A DNA stretch of 64,000 nucleotides from Armatimonadota bacterium (GTDB lineage Bacteria > Sysuimicrobiota > Sysuimicrobiia > Sysuimicrobiales > Humicultoraceae): the NCBI GenBank assembly GCA_037443365.1, contig JBBIOM010000001.1, positions 22,442 to 86,441 of the forward strand. The letters are read 5' to 3'. Shown one piece after another: positions 1-9,708 of this stretch. The stretch's first letter is position 1, and every line of letters begins with the position of its first letter. Under the pieces are notes generated by a model. The model saw only the letters and a list, made by a program, of their open reading frames with translations, was not told the DNA's origin and ran no database searches. Made by a program: the position numbers and the translations under genes.

Positions 1-153
1 CTCCGAGAAGGCAAGGCCGAACTTGATGCCCGGCACCGCGGTAACCAGGGCCTCGTGGAGATCCTCGACCGTCTTGATGAAGTGCGACTGGCCCAGGATG
101 ACATTCAGGCTCTCCGGCTTCTCGATGGGCACAAGATGGATGTCCATGGGCAT

Positions 154-987
154 CTAGACCGAGGGAGGCGGCGCCTTCGGGCGTCCGGCCGCCTCAGGGG
201 TTTCGTAGCCATCCGGGAACGCCGGCACCACCTGCGCTGGTGCGCGGTGCGGGAGTCCCACGAACAGGCTGCGCTTGAGGAGTTGGATCGCAAACGCCGG
301 GTCCACGCCCTTGGGACACGCCTCGCTGCAGGCGCCGGCCAGATGGCAACCGAAGACCCCGGCCGACGCGTCCACTACACGGGCGCGCTCGACCGCGCCG
401 GCGTCGCGGCTGTCCGCCGCGTACCGGTAGGCCTGCGCGAGCGCCTGCGGGCCCAGGAACCGCTCTGAAGAGGAGGCTGTGGGGCAGGCCGCGATGCACA
501 GGCTGCATTTCAGGCAGTACGTGAACTGCACGAACCGCGCCAGCTCGGCTGGCTTCTGCTCGAACTCGCGCGTGGGTGATTCCATCTCCCCAGAATCGCC
601 GCGAATGATGTAGGGTAGCACAGCCCTGTGCCGGCTGAAGGTCGCGGCCAGATCGGGCACAAGGTCCTTGACGGCGTCGTGGTTGGGAAGCGGCGCCACC
701 TCCACGACGGACCCCAGCCCGCTCACCTGCGTGTTGCAGGCAAGGCGGGGCTTGCCGTTGATGAACATGCCGCACGAACCGCACACCCCCATCCGGCACG
801 AGCACCGGAATGCCAGCGATCCATCCCGCTCTTCCTTGACCGCGAACAGGGCGTCCAGCACGGTCATGCCCGGTGTGGTCTTCAACTTCCACTCCTGCAC
901 GCCCGGCGCGCCGCCCCGATCGGGGTCGTAACGCATCACCCTCAGCGTCAGGATTCCGTCCTGGGTGTTCCCGGTCTGCTCTGCCAT
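154..987 (-). CDS. sdhB: succinate dehydrogenase / fumarate reductase iron-sulfur subunit
   Basis: Cys clusters CSCRMGVCGSC and CLKCSLCIAACP match the 2Fe-2S and 4Fe-4S motifs of SdhB/FrdB. Start set at internal Met (MAEQTG...) of track ORF 154..1125, since the upstream 46 aa look like non-coding GC-frame read-through. Confidence 0.85.
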   Translation of the reverse strand: MAEQTGNTQDGILTLRVMRYDPDRGGAPGVQEWKLKTTPGMTVLDALFAVKEERDGSLAFRCSCRMGVCGSCGMFINGKPRLACNTQVSGLGSVVEVAPLPNHDAVKDLVPDLAATFSRHRAVLPYIIRGDSGEMESPTREFEQKPAELARFVQFTYCLKCSLCIAACPTASSSERFLGPQALAQAYRYAADSRDAGAVERARVVDASAGVFGCHLAGACSEACPKGVDPAFAIQLLKRSLFVGLPHRAPAQVVPAFPDGYETPEAAGRPKAPPPSV

Positions 988-1000
988 CTCTCGCCGCTCC

Positions 1001-1402
1001 CTAGAGGCGCGCGGCCTGTACTGCCACCGCCACGCCGTAGACAAGCACCACGAGCCCGAACAGCACCACGCCCGTGTTGATGAAGCGCACTGCGCGGGGA
1101 GACCCCCATATCTCCCCAAGGACACCCCTGAGGCCGTAGAGGCCGTGGTACAGGGCGAAGCCCAGCAGCAGGATGTAGACGGCCGCCCATGCCGTTCCCC
1201 TGCCGCGCTCGGCCACCGCGGAGAAGGACATCACCGGCTCCCTGATCCACCCGAAGGCGGCGAGAATGCTGGCGTAGTGCATCACCCCCATGTGCAAGCC
1301 CAGGAGCACGAGCAGACCCGCACCGCAGATCAGGTGGAGCGCCCAGAGCCTTGATTCCCTCACCGCAACCCCTCCCTCGCCTACTTGGTCAGCAGGTCCC
1401 AT
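1001..1402 (-). CDS. sdhD: succinate dehydrogenase hydrophobic membrane anchor subunit
   Basis: C-terminal ~130 aa of track ORF 1001..1639 is a 3-TM hydrophobic protein lying between sdhC and sdhB. Start taken at internal ATG (MGPADQ...), which overlaps the sdhC 3' end by ~22 nt. Confidence 0.55.
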   Translation of the reverse strand: MGPADQVGEGGVAVRESRLWALHLICGAGLLVLLGLHMGVMHYASILAAFGWIREPVMSFSAVAERGRGTAWAAVYILLLGFALYHGLYGLRGVLGEIWGSPRAVRFINTGVVLFGLVVLVYGVAVAVQAARL

Positions 1403-1845
1403 ACCCCGGACGCGAGAAGCACGGCGGCCAGGATCATCAGCACCACGGTCATCCTGCGCTGACGATGCAGCGCAATCGGATAGGGGTAGACCGGGTGCCC
1501 GGGCCTGCCCAGCGCGCAGCCCAGATGCCCAAACAGCAGCCGGAACCCGTTGATGGCGTGAAAGAGGAAGGCGGCGAGGATCAGGATCTCGCCGGCAACA
1601 AAGGACGGCCGCGCCAGGAGGGCCATCGTCTGCTCCCACACCTCGGGCCCCTGCAGTCGCCGCCCCGTTACCCAGATGTGCAGCGGCAGGTACAGCACGA
1701 GTCCCAGCCCGGTCAGACGATGAAGGACGTACAGGTATCTCTCGGCCGGATATCGCCCGGCATAGACCCAGCCTAGCAGGCCGAGCCGCATGCTCAGCCG
1801 CGATGGCTCTCGGATCTGTGATGGGGCCTTCACCTCGGTGGCCAT
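1381..1845 (-). CDS. sdhC: succinate dehydrogenase cytochrome b556 subunit
   Basis: 154 aa, 3 TM helices with the His residues (HRLTGLGL, LFHAINGFR) typical of SdhC heme ligation. Lies directly downstream of sdhA. Confidence 0.75.
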   Translation of the reverse strand: MATEVKAPSQIREPSRLSMRLGLLGWVYAGRYPAERYLYVLHRLTGLGLVLYLPLHIWVTGRRLQGPEVWEQTMALLARPSFVAGEILILAAFLFHAINGFRLLFGHLGCALGRPGHPVYPYPIALHRQRRMTVVLMILAAVLLASGVWDLLTK

Positions 1846-1871
1846 GGCTTCACCCTATCGGATAGATGACA

Positions 1872-3584
1872 TCAGTACTTGCGTTCCGCGGGCTTCCAGG
1901 TCGTAATCGTAACCGGGCTGTAGGTCAGATGCGGCCCGACGTCGCTCTGTGTCGCCTGCGTGTGCACAAGGAAGCGCTCGTCATCGCGCTCCGGGTAGTC
2001 CCGGCGGGCATGCCCGCCCCTGGACTCTTTCCGCTCCAGCGCTCCCATCACCACTACCTCTGCCAGATCCAGCAGGTTCTGCAACTCGAGGGCACAGGAG
2101 AGATCGGTGTTGTACACCCAGCTCCGGTCGTCGAGGTGGATGCGGGTCATCCGTTCGCGAAGCACCCGCACCTCGCGCAGCGCCGCCTCCAGGCCCTGCC
2201 CATCGCGGTAGACGCCGACCTTCCCGTCCATCAGTTGCCTCAGTTGCGTGCGGATCTGGTGGTGATTCTCCGGCCCGCGCGCCATCAACAGGCGCGCAAG
2301 CCGGGCCTTCTCCTCCGCGGCATCGGACAGCGGCGGGTCTGGCAGGACGCGCTCCTTCTGCGCCCATGCCGCGGCCTCTCGCCCGGTGATGGCGCCCCAC
2401 ACCAGGCACTCCGCGGTGGAGTTCGTCCCGAGCCGGTTGGCCCCGTGCAGCGACATGCAGGCCGCCTCGCCCGCGGCCCAGATGCCCTCTACCGGCGCCT
2501 TGCCGTTGATGTCGGTCGAGATGCCGCCCATCGAGTAGTGGGCCGCGGGTCTCACCGGCAAGGGCCCCTCGATGGGATCAATCGCGTTGAACTTGATGGC
2601 CACCTCTCGTATCAGGGGCAGGCGTTCGTTTATGCGATCGCGGCCCAGATGCGTCAGGTCCAGTTCCACGTAGTCCAGGCCGCTTGGGTGAACGAACCCT
2701 CGTCCTGCCTCGATCTCGGTCATCTCGGCGCGCGAGATGATGTCGCGGGGAGCCAGCTCCATCATCTTGGCGGCGTAGTCCTCCAGGAAGCGGCGCCGCT
2801 CCTTGTTCTTCAGGTGGCCACCCTCGCCCCTTGCTGCCTCGGTTATCAGGATCCCCGAGGGCACCAGGCCGGTCGGGTGGAACTGCACGAACTCCATGTC
2901 CTTGAGGGGGAGCCCGGCCCGATAGGCCATCGCCATCCCGTCACCGGTGACCGCGTGGGAGTAGGTGGTGAAGCCGTAGAGCCGGCAGCAGCCCCCAGTT
3001 GCGATGACAAGTGCCTTGGCTCGGAGCAGGGCGAACTCGCCGGTCGCGAGGTCCCACGCGGTCAATCCAGCGAAGACGCCGTCCTGCACGATCATGCGTG
3101 TGGCCATCCACTCCTCGTACCTGGCGATGCTGCGGTACTTCTGCATCGTGTCGTAGAGGGTCTGCATCTCGAAGAACCCGGTCTTGTCCGCGGCGAACGT
3201 GGCCCGGGGAAACGTGTGCCCGCCAAACGGCCGCTGGTCGAGACGGCCATCCGAGCGCCGCGACCACGGGGTGCCCCAGTGATCGAGGCGCAGGATCTCC
3301 TGCGGGGCCGCCTCGACAAATCGTGCCACGACATCCTGGTCGGCGAGGAAGTCGCTGCCCTTCACCGTATCCCAGGCGTGCAGCTCCTTGCTGTCCCCCT
3401 CCTCGGGGTGCAGCACAGCACCGGTGCCGCCCTCGGCGCACACGGAATGCGCACGCATGAGCTGGCCCTTGGATAGAATCGCGAGATCCAAGTCCCCGCG
3501 CGAGACGCGCAGGACCTCAAGCGCCGCTCGGAGCCCGGCCAGGCCGCTTCCCAGGATCAGGACGTCATGAGTGTAGGTCTGCAC
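1872..3584 (-). CDS. sdhA: succinate dehydrogenase / fumarate reductase flavoprotein subunit
   Basis: 570 aa with N-terminal FAD fold (VLILGSGLAGLRAA), the SdhA catalytic signature (HYSMGGI, RGGHARRDYPERDD) and full-length similarity to SdhA/FrdA. Confidence 0.95.
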   Translation of the reverse strand: MQTYTHDVLILGSGLAGLRAALEVLRVSRGDLDLAILSKGQLMRAHSVCAEGGTGAVLHPEEGDSKELHAWDTVKGSDFLADQDVVARFVEAAPQEILRLDHWGTPWSRRSDGRLDQRPFGGHTFPRATFAADKTGFFEMQTLYDTMQKYRSIARYEEWMATRMIVQDGVFAGLTAWDLATGEFALLRAKALVIATGGCCRLYGFTTYSHAVTGDGMAMAYRAGLPLKDMEFVQFHPTGLVPSGILITEAARGEGGHLKNKERRRFLEDYAAKMMELAPRDIISRAEMTEIEAGRGFVHPSGLDYVELDLTHLGRDRINERLPLIREVAIKFNAIDPIEGPLPVRPAAHYSMGGISTDINGKAPVEGIWAAGEAACMSLHGANRLGTNSTAECLVWGAITGREAAAWAQKERVLPDPPLSDAAEEKARLARLLMARGPENHHQIRTQLRQLMDGKVGVYRDGQGLEAALREVRVLRERMTRIHLDDRSWVYNTDLSCALELQNLLDLAEVVVMGALERKESRGGHARRDYPERDDERFLVHTQATQSDVGPHLTYSPVTITTWKPAERKY

Positions 3585-3639
3585 ACGTTGCCTCCGGTTT
3601 GTGAATCTACTCCCCTCACCAATGACACTGCCAAGAGCA

Positions 3640-4167
3640 CTACTGGTCCGCGCGGTGATCGCGGCCCCAGACGCCCACCTCTCCTCCTGCCATTCGCACC
3701 GCGTGCGGGAGGACGGGTAGCAGGATCTCCAGCCACTCGCGCACCGCGGCCGGGCTACCCGGGAGGTTGATCACAAGGGTCCTGCCGCGAATCCCGGCCG
3801 CGGCCCGCGAGAGCATCGCCAGCGGAGTACGCTTCGCCGTGCGGATCCGCGCGGCCTCCACGAGCCCGGGCGCCAACCGGTCGCACACGGCGATTGTGGC
3901 CTCGGGCGTCACATCCCGAGGGGAAAGCCCGCTGCCCCCGGTGGTGAGGACCAGCGCCACACCGTCCTCGTCGCAGTAGCGCACCAGGGCCCGGCTTATC
4001 GCCTCCTGATCATCCCCAAGGACCTCGCGGCGCACCACCTGTGCCCCCAGGCCGGTCAGTGCGGAGACGATCGCCTCGCCGCTGGCGTCGGTGCCCTGCC
4101 CGCGCGCGACAGTGTCTGAGAGGGTCAGGACGGCTACGCGAACCCCCTCCAGCGAAGAGGCGGTCAT
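3640..4167 (-). CDS. mog: molybdenum cofactor biosynthesis protein MogA/MoaB (molybdopterin adenylyltransferase)
   Basis: MoCF_biosynth fold (VAVLTLSDT..., [14 protein letters not shown]). Start at internal ATG, overlapping the moaC stop (ATGA). Confidence 0.8.
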   Translation of the reverse strand: MTASSLEGVRVAVLTLSDTVARGQGTDASGEAIVSALTGLGAQVVRREVLGDDQEAISRALVRYCDEDGVALVLTTGGSGLSPRDVTPEATIAVCDRLAPGLVEAARIRTAKRTPLAMLSRAAAGIRGRTLVINLPGSPAAVREWLEILLPVLPHAVRMAGGEVGVWGRDHRADQ

Positions 4168-4670
4168 GCCGTCTCTCCGGGGCGGCGGTACTCGCCGCTT
4201 CGCCCGCCCTGCTTGCGCACCAGGCGAACACGCTCGATCGTCATGCCACGATCTGCGGCCTTGCACATGTCGTAGACGGCAAGGGCCGCGACCACAACGG
4301 CGGTGAGCGCTTCCATCTCGACCCCGGTGGGTCCCACCGAGCGGACCGTGGCCTCGATCGCAACCAGGTCCCTCGATTCGTCGGGCACAACCCGCACCCG
4401 CACATCGGTGAGCGCTATCGTGTGGCAGAGCGGCACAAGATCAGCCGTGCGCTTCGCGGCCATGACACCGGCGGCCTGCGCCAGACAGAGCACGTCACCC
4501 TTGGCCACGCGGTTGGCCCGAATGAGGTCCAGGGTGGCCTTTCGCATCCTGACTTCCCCGCGCGCCACGGCCACGCGGACGGTGGCGGGCTTGGCGGAGA
4601 CATCCACCATGCGGGCACGACCGGCCCGGTCCACGTGCGTCAGCGCGCGTCCCCTGGTTCCCCTGCTCAT
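4164..4670 (-). CDS. moaC: cyclic pyranopterin monophosphate synthase accessory protein MoaC
   Basis: 168 aa with the MoaC signature (LTHVD..MVDVSAK, KGDVL..A..AGIMAAKRT, PLCH). Confidence 0.9.
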   Translation of the reverse strand: MSRGTRGRALTHVDRAGRARMVDVSAKPATVRVAVARGEVRMRKATLDLIRANRVAKGDVLCLAQAAGVMAAKRTADLVPLCHTIALTDVRVRVVPDESRDLVAIEATVRSVGPTGVEMEALTAVVVAALAVYDMCKAADRGMTIERVRLVRKQGGRSGEYRRPGETA

Positions 4671-5884
4671 GTCAGTAACCGTACCAGAACCTCGTCACCC
4701 TCGCGTAGTCCGTCGGTGCCAGGAGGGACGACGACAATGCCGTGCGCGCGCGCCATTGAGGTGAGAATCGCCGACCCGGCAGGCAGAGGCACGGCCCAGA
4801 TTCCATCCGCGCGCGACTCCAGCCTGACGCGCCGGTGGTCCTCCCTCACGCGGGCCGCCGGGAGGAAGCCGGCAAGACGTGCCCGCACGATGTCCCACGG
4901 CCTGCCCTCGGACGACATCCCCATCATTGCCTCGAGCACCGGACGTGCGAAGAGATCGAATGCCACGAGCGCCGAGACCGGGTTGCCGGGCAGGCCGATC
5001 ACCGACACCCGTCCTGAGGCGGCCAGCACAGTAGGCTTGCCAGGCCTAAGCGCCACGCCGTGCACCACGACGCCAGGAGGACCCAGCGCCTCTATGGCCT
5101 CCACGGCCAGGTCCTCCTCGCCCACCGACGAGCCGCCTGAGACCAGCAGCATCTCGTGATCAGGGAGCGCCCGTCGCAGGGCTGCTTCGATCGCGCACCG
5201 GTCGTCGTGCACTATGCCAAGCGGCACAGGTGTCCCGCCGGCCGCCTCCACAGCGGCGGCCAGCGCAGCGGTGTTCATGTCGCGCACGCGCCCCGGCGCC
5301 AGGGGCGATCCAGCCGGCACCAGCTCGACGCCTGTGGCCAGAATCGCCACGCGCGGGCGCAGGAAGACGCTGACGTGTTCCAGGCCCAGGCCTGCCAGCA
5401 CTCCCAGGCTGGCCGGCCGGAGGCGCGCCCCACGACGCAGCACGAACTCGCCAGCCCGCACGTCGGCCCCCCGCGGCACGACGTTCTCCCCGACCTGCAC
5501 AGGACGCGACACCAGCAGCCGCTCACCTTCGACCTCGACGTCCTCCTGCATGATCACAGCGTCGGCGCCCGGGGGCATCATCCCGCCGGTGGGAACCCGC
5601 ATGGCTCCGCCCCGGGGCAGGGGGGCGTCTGCCGCGGCCCCCATCGTAACCTCGCCGGCCGGCCGTAGAATCGCTGGCCTGCCCGGCGACGCCGCGGCCA
5701 GGTCGAGGGCCCGCACTGCCCATCCATCCACGCTGGAGCGATCGAAAGGGGGCAGATCCGTCTCGGCAACAGCATCCTCGGCGAGGACGCGCAGGTGCGC
5801 CGTGAGGAGGGGCACGTGCTCGGCACCGCGCGGCTTGGGCCGCAGAACTGCGGCGTAACGCGCGCGGGCGTCGTCCGGTGCCAC
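4667..5884 (-). CDS. moeA: molybdopterin molybdenumtransferase MoeA
   Basis: 405 aa with MoeA N, MoCF and C-terminal domains ([20 protein letters not shown]). Stop overlaps the moaC start. Confidence 0.9.
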   Translation of the reverse strand: MAPDDARARYAAVLRPKPRGAEHVPLLTAHLRVLAEDAVAETDLPPFDRSSVDGWAVRALDLAAASPGRPAILRPAGEVTMGAAADAPLPRGGAMRVPTGGMMPPGADAVIMQEDVEVEGERLLVSRPVQVGENVVPRGADVRAGEFVLRRGARLRPASLGVLAGLGLEHVSVFLRPRVAILATGVELVPAGSPLAPGRVRDMNTAALAAAVEAAGGTPVPLGIVHDDRCAIEAALRRALPDHEMLLVSGGSSVGEEDLAVEAIEALGPPGVVVHGVALRPGKPTVLAASGRVSVIGLPGNPVSALVAFDLFARPVLEAMMGMSSEGRPWDIVRARLAGFLPAARVREDHRRVRLESRADGIWAVPLPAGSAILTSMARAHGIVVVPPGTDGLREGDEVLVRLLT

Positions 5885-5918
5885 TAGGCGCGTGAACGCA
5901 CGGACCCGGGGCGTCAGA

Positions 5919-7109
5919 TCACGCCACCCCCACTGCGCCGGCCGCCCGCCGGAACGCCTCGATGGCGCGATCCAGCTGCTCCCTGGTGTGCTCCGCGGTC
6001 ACGATCGTGCGCACCCGCGCGCGCCCCCGCGGCACGGTCGGGAACACGATTCCCACGGCGAACACGCCCTCCTCGAACAAGCGGTCTGAGAGCCGGAGGG
6101 CCCGCTCCTCGTCGCCGACCATGATAGGCGTGATCGGGGTTTCGCTGGCCCCTGTGTCGAGGCCCAGCGCGCGCAGGCCCGCCTTGAAGTACCGGGTGTT
6201 GTCCCACAGCCGCTCGATCAGCCCAGGATCCTGCTGCACCAGCCGAACGGCGGCCAGGGCCGAGGCGGCAACCGACGGGGGATGCGAGGTCGAGAACAAC
6301 AGGGGACGGGCCCTGTTCATGAGCAGGTCTGCGAGGGCCCGGCTGCCGGCCACATAGCCGCCGAGCCCGGCGAACGCCTTGGAGAGCGTGCCCACCTGGA
6401 CGTGCACCCTGCCGTGCAGCCCGAAGTGGTCCACCGTTCCGCGACCCTGCCGCCCCATCACGCCGCTGGCATGCGCGTCGTCCACCATCATGATGGCGCC
6501 GAACTCCTGGGCGGCCTCGACGAGCCCGGGCAGCGGCGCCACGTCACCGTCCATGCTGAACACGCCGTCGGTGATGAGGAGCACTCGGCGGGCGCCGCGA
6601 CACTCGGCCAGAAGCCGGCGCGCGGCCTCAACGTCCGCGTGCGGAAAGATCTTCTTCTCGGCTCCGGAGAGCCGGCACCCGTCGATTATGCTGGCGTGGT
6701 TCAGCTCATCGCTGACCACCACATCCTCCCGGCCAAGGAGCGCGGCGACGGTGCCCGCGTTGGCCGTGAAGCCGGACTGGAAGAGCAAGGCGGCCTCGGT
6801 GTGCTTGAAGGCCGCCAGCTCGGCTTCCAGAAGTTGGTGGACCGCCATGTTGCCGGCGATAGTCCGCACGGCGCCCGATCCCACGCCCGTGGTGGCGATG
6901 GCCTCGAGCGCTGCCGCCTTCAGGGCAGGGTGGTTTGCCAGGCCCAGGTAGTTGTTGGAGGCCAGATTGACAAGCTCGCGCCCATCGTAGCGCGCCACCG
7001 CAGCCTGCGGGCCCTCCAGGAGCCGGGGCCAGCGCCAGAGCCCCTTGGCACGAAGCTCCTGGAGCTCTTCGTCCACGAACGCAAGTGGATTGACCGGATC
7101 AGGAGTCAA
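5919..7109 (-). CDS. kbl: glycine C-acetyltransferase (2-amino-3-ketobutyrate CoA ligase)
   Basis: 396 aa class II aminotransferase of the AONS/KBL family, with PLP lysine motif GTLSKA. It lies immediately downstream of tdh, which favours kbl over bioF. Confidence 0.85.
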   Translation of the reverse strand: MTPDPVNPLAFVDEELQELRAKGLWRWPRLLEGPQAAVARYDGRELVNLASNNYLGLANHPALKAAALEAIATTGVGSGAVRTIAGNMAVHQLLEAELAAFKHTEAALLFQSGFTANAGTVAALLGREDVVVSDELNHASIIDGCRLSGAEKKIFPHADVEAARRLLAECRGARRVLLITDGVFSMDGDVAPLPGLVEAAQEFGAIMMVDDAHASGVMGRQGRGTVDHFGLHGRVHVQVGTLSKAFAGLGGYVAGSRALADLLMNRARPLLFSTSHPPSVAASALAAVRLVQQDPGLIERLWDNTRYFKAGLRALGLDTGASETPITPIMVGDEERALRLSDRLFEEGVFAVGIVFPTVPRGRARVRTIVTAEHTREQLDRAIEAFRRAAGAVGVA

Positions 7110-8133
7110 TGGTCAGTATCACCTTCCCTGCGCCCCCGGACTCGAGCCCGTGGAACGCCTCGCCGAATCGCTCCAAGGGAAGCCTGTGGGTAATGATGGG
7201 CCGGATGTCCAGCCCCCGCACGAGCATCGAGCTCATCTGCTCCCATGTCTGCCACATCAGCCGCCCGAAGATGCCCTGCAACCGCGCCTCCTTGAAGACC
7301 ACCAGGTTGACCAGGTCCAGCTCCACCGGCGCGCCGGGCAGGCCGAGCAATCCTACCCACCCTCCACCCCGGACCGCTTGCAGCGCGTCCCGGATCCCGG
7401 ACGGGTGGCCGGACATCTCGAGGACCGCGTCAGCCCCGTCGCCGCCGGTCATCTTGCGAACGCGCTCAGGCACACCGCCGCCGCGCGCATCTATCACGTG
7501 GTCGGCGCCCATTCTCCGGGCCAGTTCCAGGCGGCCATCCGCCACGTCGGACGCTATGACCAGCGCTGCGCCGGCCATCTTGCAGACAGGGATCGCCATC
7601 AGCCCTATGGGGCCGCATCCGGTGACCAGGACGGCCCTGCCGTCCATCTCCGTCGCCATCGCCGTGTGCACAGCGTTGCCAAGCGGGTCCATGATCGCGG
7701 CCACGTCGGACGGGATGGCAGGATCGAGCCTCCAGGCGTTGCCCGCCGGGAGCACGACGTAGTCGGCGAACGCCCCATCGCGATCGATTCCTATGATCTC
7801 GAGCCTCTGACAGATGTGCGGCTGGCCTCCCAGACAGGGGCGGCAGCAACCGCAGGCCACGTGGCACTCGCCCGCCACACGATCGCCCACCCTGACGGCA
7901 TCCACTCCATCGCCGACCTCCGCGACGACGCCGCAGAACTCGTGACCTATCACGCGAGGGATGCGAACGCGCGACTGTGCCCAGGAGTCCCACCCGTAGA
8001 TGTGCAGATCAGTCCCGCAGATGCCGGCGGCAGCGACCCGAATCAGAACCTCACCCGGGCCAGGGGCCGGGACCGGGACATCAACGAGCTCACACCCGGG
8101 TCCGGGTCTCGCCTTGATGATCGCTCGCATCAC
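7099..8133 (-). CDS. tdh: L-threonine 3-dehydrogenase
   Basis: 344 aa Zn-dependent MDR dehydrogenase (GHEFCG, GCGPIG) with full-length Tdh-like sequence. Overlaps the kbl start by 11 nt (tdh-kbl operon). Confidence 0.9.
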   Translation of the reverse strand: MMRAIIKARPGPGCELVDVPVPAPGPGEVLIRVAAAGICGTDLHIYGWDSWAQSRVRIPRVIGHEFCGVVAEVGDGVDAVRVGDRVAGECHVACGCCRPCLGGQPHICQRLEIIGIDRDGAFADYVVLPAGNAWRLDPAIPSDVAAIMDPLGNAVHTAMATEMDGRAVLVTGCGPIGLMAIPVCKMAGAALVIASDVADGRLELARRMGADHVIDARGGGVPERVRKMTGGDGADAVLEMSGHPSGIRDALQAVRGGGWVGLLGLPGAPVELDLVNLVVFKEARLQGIFGRLMWQTWEQMSSMLVRGLDIRPIITHRLPLERFGEAFHGLESGGAGKVILTIDS

Positions 8134-8189
8134 CCAGAGGGTTCGACACGGTGCGCCCCGGAATCCTGTGCCGCGCGCAGGATGGGCGA

Positions 8190-8900
8190 CTAGCCGCCCA
8201 GGTAGGCCCGACGGACCTCCTCGTTGGCCTGAAGGTCAGCCGCCGAGCCCTGAAGCACAACCTCGCCGGTCTGGAGGACGTACCCGCGGTTGGCAACCGA
8301 CAACGCCATGAAGGCGTTCTGCTCCACGAGCAGCATGGTGGTTCCCTGGGCGTTGATGTCCCGGATGGCATCGTAGATCAGGTCCACCAGCACCGGGGCC
8401 AGGCCCATGGACGGCTCATCCAGCAGCAGGACCCTGGGCTTGGTCATGAGCCCCCGCCCGATGGCAAGCATCTGCTGCTCGCCCCCAGAGAGGGTCCCTG
8501 CCACCTGGGAGCGGCGCTCGCGCAGGCGAGGGAACATTACGAACACCCTGTCGAGATCCTCCATGATACCGGCACGATCCGCGCGGGTAAACGCGCCCAT
8601 CTCCAGGTTCTCGGTGACGGTGAGGCGGCCGAAGATCCTCCTGCCCTCGGGCACGTGAACGACGCCCTTGGCCACAATCTCGTGGGGGCGCGTGGCGCAG
8701 AGATCCTCGCCGGCCAGGGTCACGCGTCCGCGTAGCGGCCTCAGCAGCCCACTTATGGTCTTGAGCGTCGTGCTCTTCCCGGCCCCGTTGGCACCGATGA
8801 GCGTGACGATCTCGCCGGGGTCCACGTTCAGGGAGATGCCACGGAGGGCGTGGATGTTCCCGTAGCTGACGTGCAGGTTCTCGATCTCAAGCAGCGCCAT
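8190..8900 (-). CDS. livF: branched-chain amino acid ABC transporter ATP-binding protein LivF
   Basis: 236 aa with Walker A GANGAGKST, ABC signature LSGGEQQ, and a LivF-type C-terminus. Confidence 0.9.
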   Translation of the reverse strand: MALLEIENLHVSYGNIHALRGISLNVDPGEIVTLIGANGAGKSTTLKTISGLLRPLRGRVTLAGEDLCATRPHEIVAKGVVHVPEGRRIFGRLTVTENLEMGAFTRADRAGIMEDLDRVFVMFPRLRERRSQVAGTLSGGEQQMLAIGRGLMTKPRVLLLDEPSMGLAPVLVDLIYDAIRDINAQGTTMLLVEQNAFMALSVANRGYVLQTGEVVLQGSAADLQANEEVRRAYLGG

Positions 8901-8921
8901 GCCAGCCCCCGCCCGGTCGGA

Positions 8922-9707
8922 TCAATGAGTCGCGTACACGCCCGTGCCGCGCGTGCCCAGGTACGCCTCGATCACCCGCGGATCGTTCTGTACCTCCCGT
9001 GGTGTCCCCTCGGCGATCTTGGTGCCGTAGTCGAGCACGGTGACGAGCTCGGAGATGCCCATCACCACGCGCATCTGGTGCTCGATCAGCAGTATGGTTA
9101 TCCCCCTCTCATCGCGGAGCCGCCGAATGAACGCCATCATCTCGATGGTCTCGCGCGGGTTCATCCCCGCCGTGGGCTCGTCCAGCAGCAGCAGGGCGGG
9201 GCGGCAGGCGAGCGCGCGGGCCACCTCGAGCCGCCGCTGATCGCCGTAGGGCAGGTTCTTGGCGAGCAGGTCGCCCTTTCCCCTAAGCCCGACGAAGTTA
9301 AGGAGATCCCGGGCCTGTGAGGTGGCCGACAGATCCTCGTGCCGCGTGCTCGCGGTGTTCAACACCGCGCCGATCCACGAGGAGCGCAGGTGGGAGTGCA
9401 TCCCAACCAGGATGTTCTCCAGACTGGTCATGTTGGCGAAGAGCCGTATGTTCTGGTAGGTCCGGGCGATCCCCAACCGGGTGATGCGGTCCGGGGAGAG
9501 CCCGTCGATGGGGGCGCCCCTGAAGATCATCTCCCCCTCTTCCTGCCGGTAGAAGCCGGTGACGCAGTTGAAGTAGGTGGTCTTGCCGGCCCCGTTGGGG
9601 CCGATGATGCTGTGGATGGAATGCTCCCGCACCTCGAGGTCCAGCCGGTTCACGGCTACCAGCCCGCCGAAGCGCTTCGTTAGGCCACGCGATATCAAGA
9701 TGCTCAT
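8922..9707 (-). CDS. livG: branched-chain amino acid ABC transporter ATP-binding protein LivG
   Basis: Walker A GPNGAGKTT and the LivG-specific insertion. Start set at internal ATG (MSILISRGLTKRFGG), the typical LivG N-terminus. The track ORF start at 9737 would overlap livM by 29 nt. Confidence 0.85.
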   Translation of the reverse strand: MSILISRGLTKRFGGLVAVNRLDLEVREHSIHSIIGPNGAGKTTYFNCVTGFYRQEEGEMIFRGAPIDGLSPDRITRLGIARTYQNIRLFANMTSLENILVGMHSHLRSSWIGAVLNTASTRHEDLSATSQARDLLNFVGLRGKGDLLAKNLPYGDQRRLEVARALACRPALLLLDEPTAGMNPRETIEMMAFIRRLRDERGITILLIEHQMRVVMGISELVTVLDYGTKIAEGTPREVQNDPRVIEAYLGTRGTGVYATH

Positions 9708-9708
9708 G

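Noticed and set aside
55-468. 137-aa plus-strand ORF at the window start
   Set aside because: It overlaps sdhB on the opposite strand with a low-complexity translation, so it is spurious.
1866-3476. 536-aa plus-strand ORF, and similar long ORFs at 4041-5159, 7045-8193, 9577-10824, 12527-13972, 16083-18035, 18397-19653 and 57291-59747
   Set aside because: All lie antisense to well-supported genes. They have Arg/Pro/Gly/Ala-rich low-complexity translations typical of stop-codon-poor frames in 70% GC DNA. There are no domain signatures, so these are spurious ORFs.
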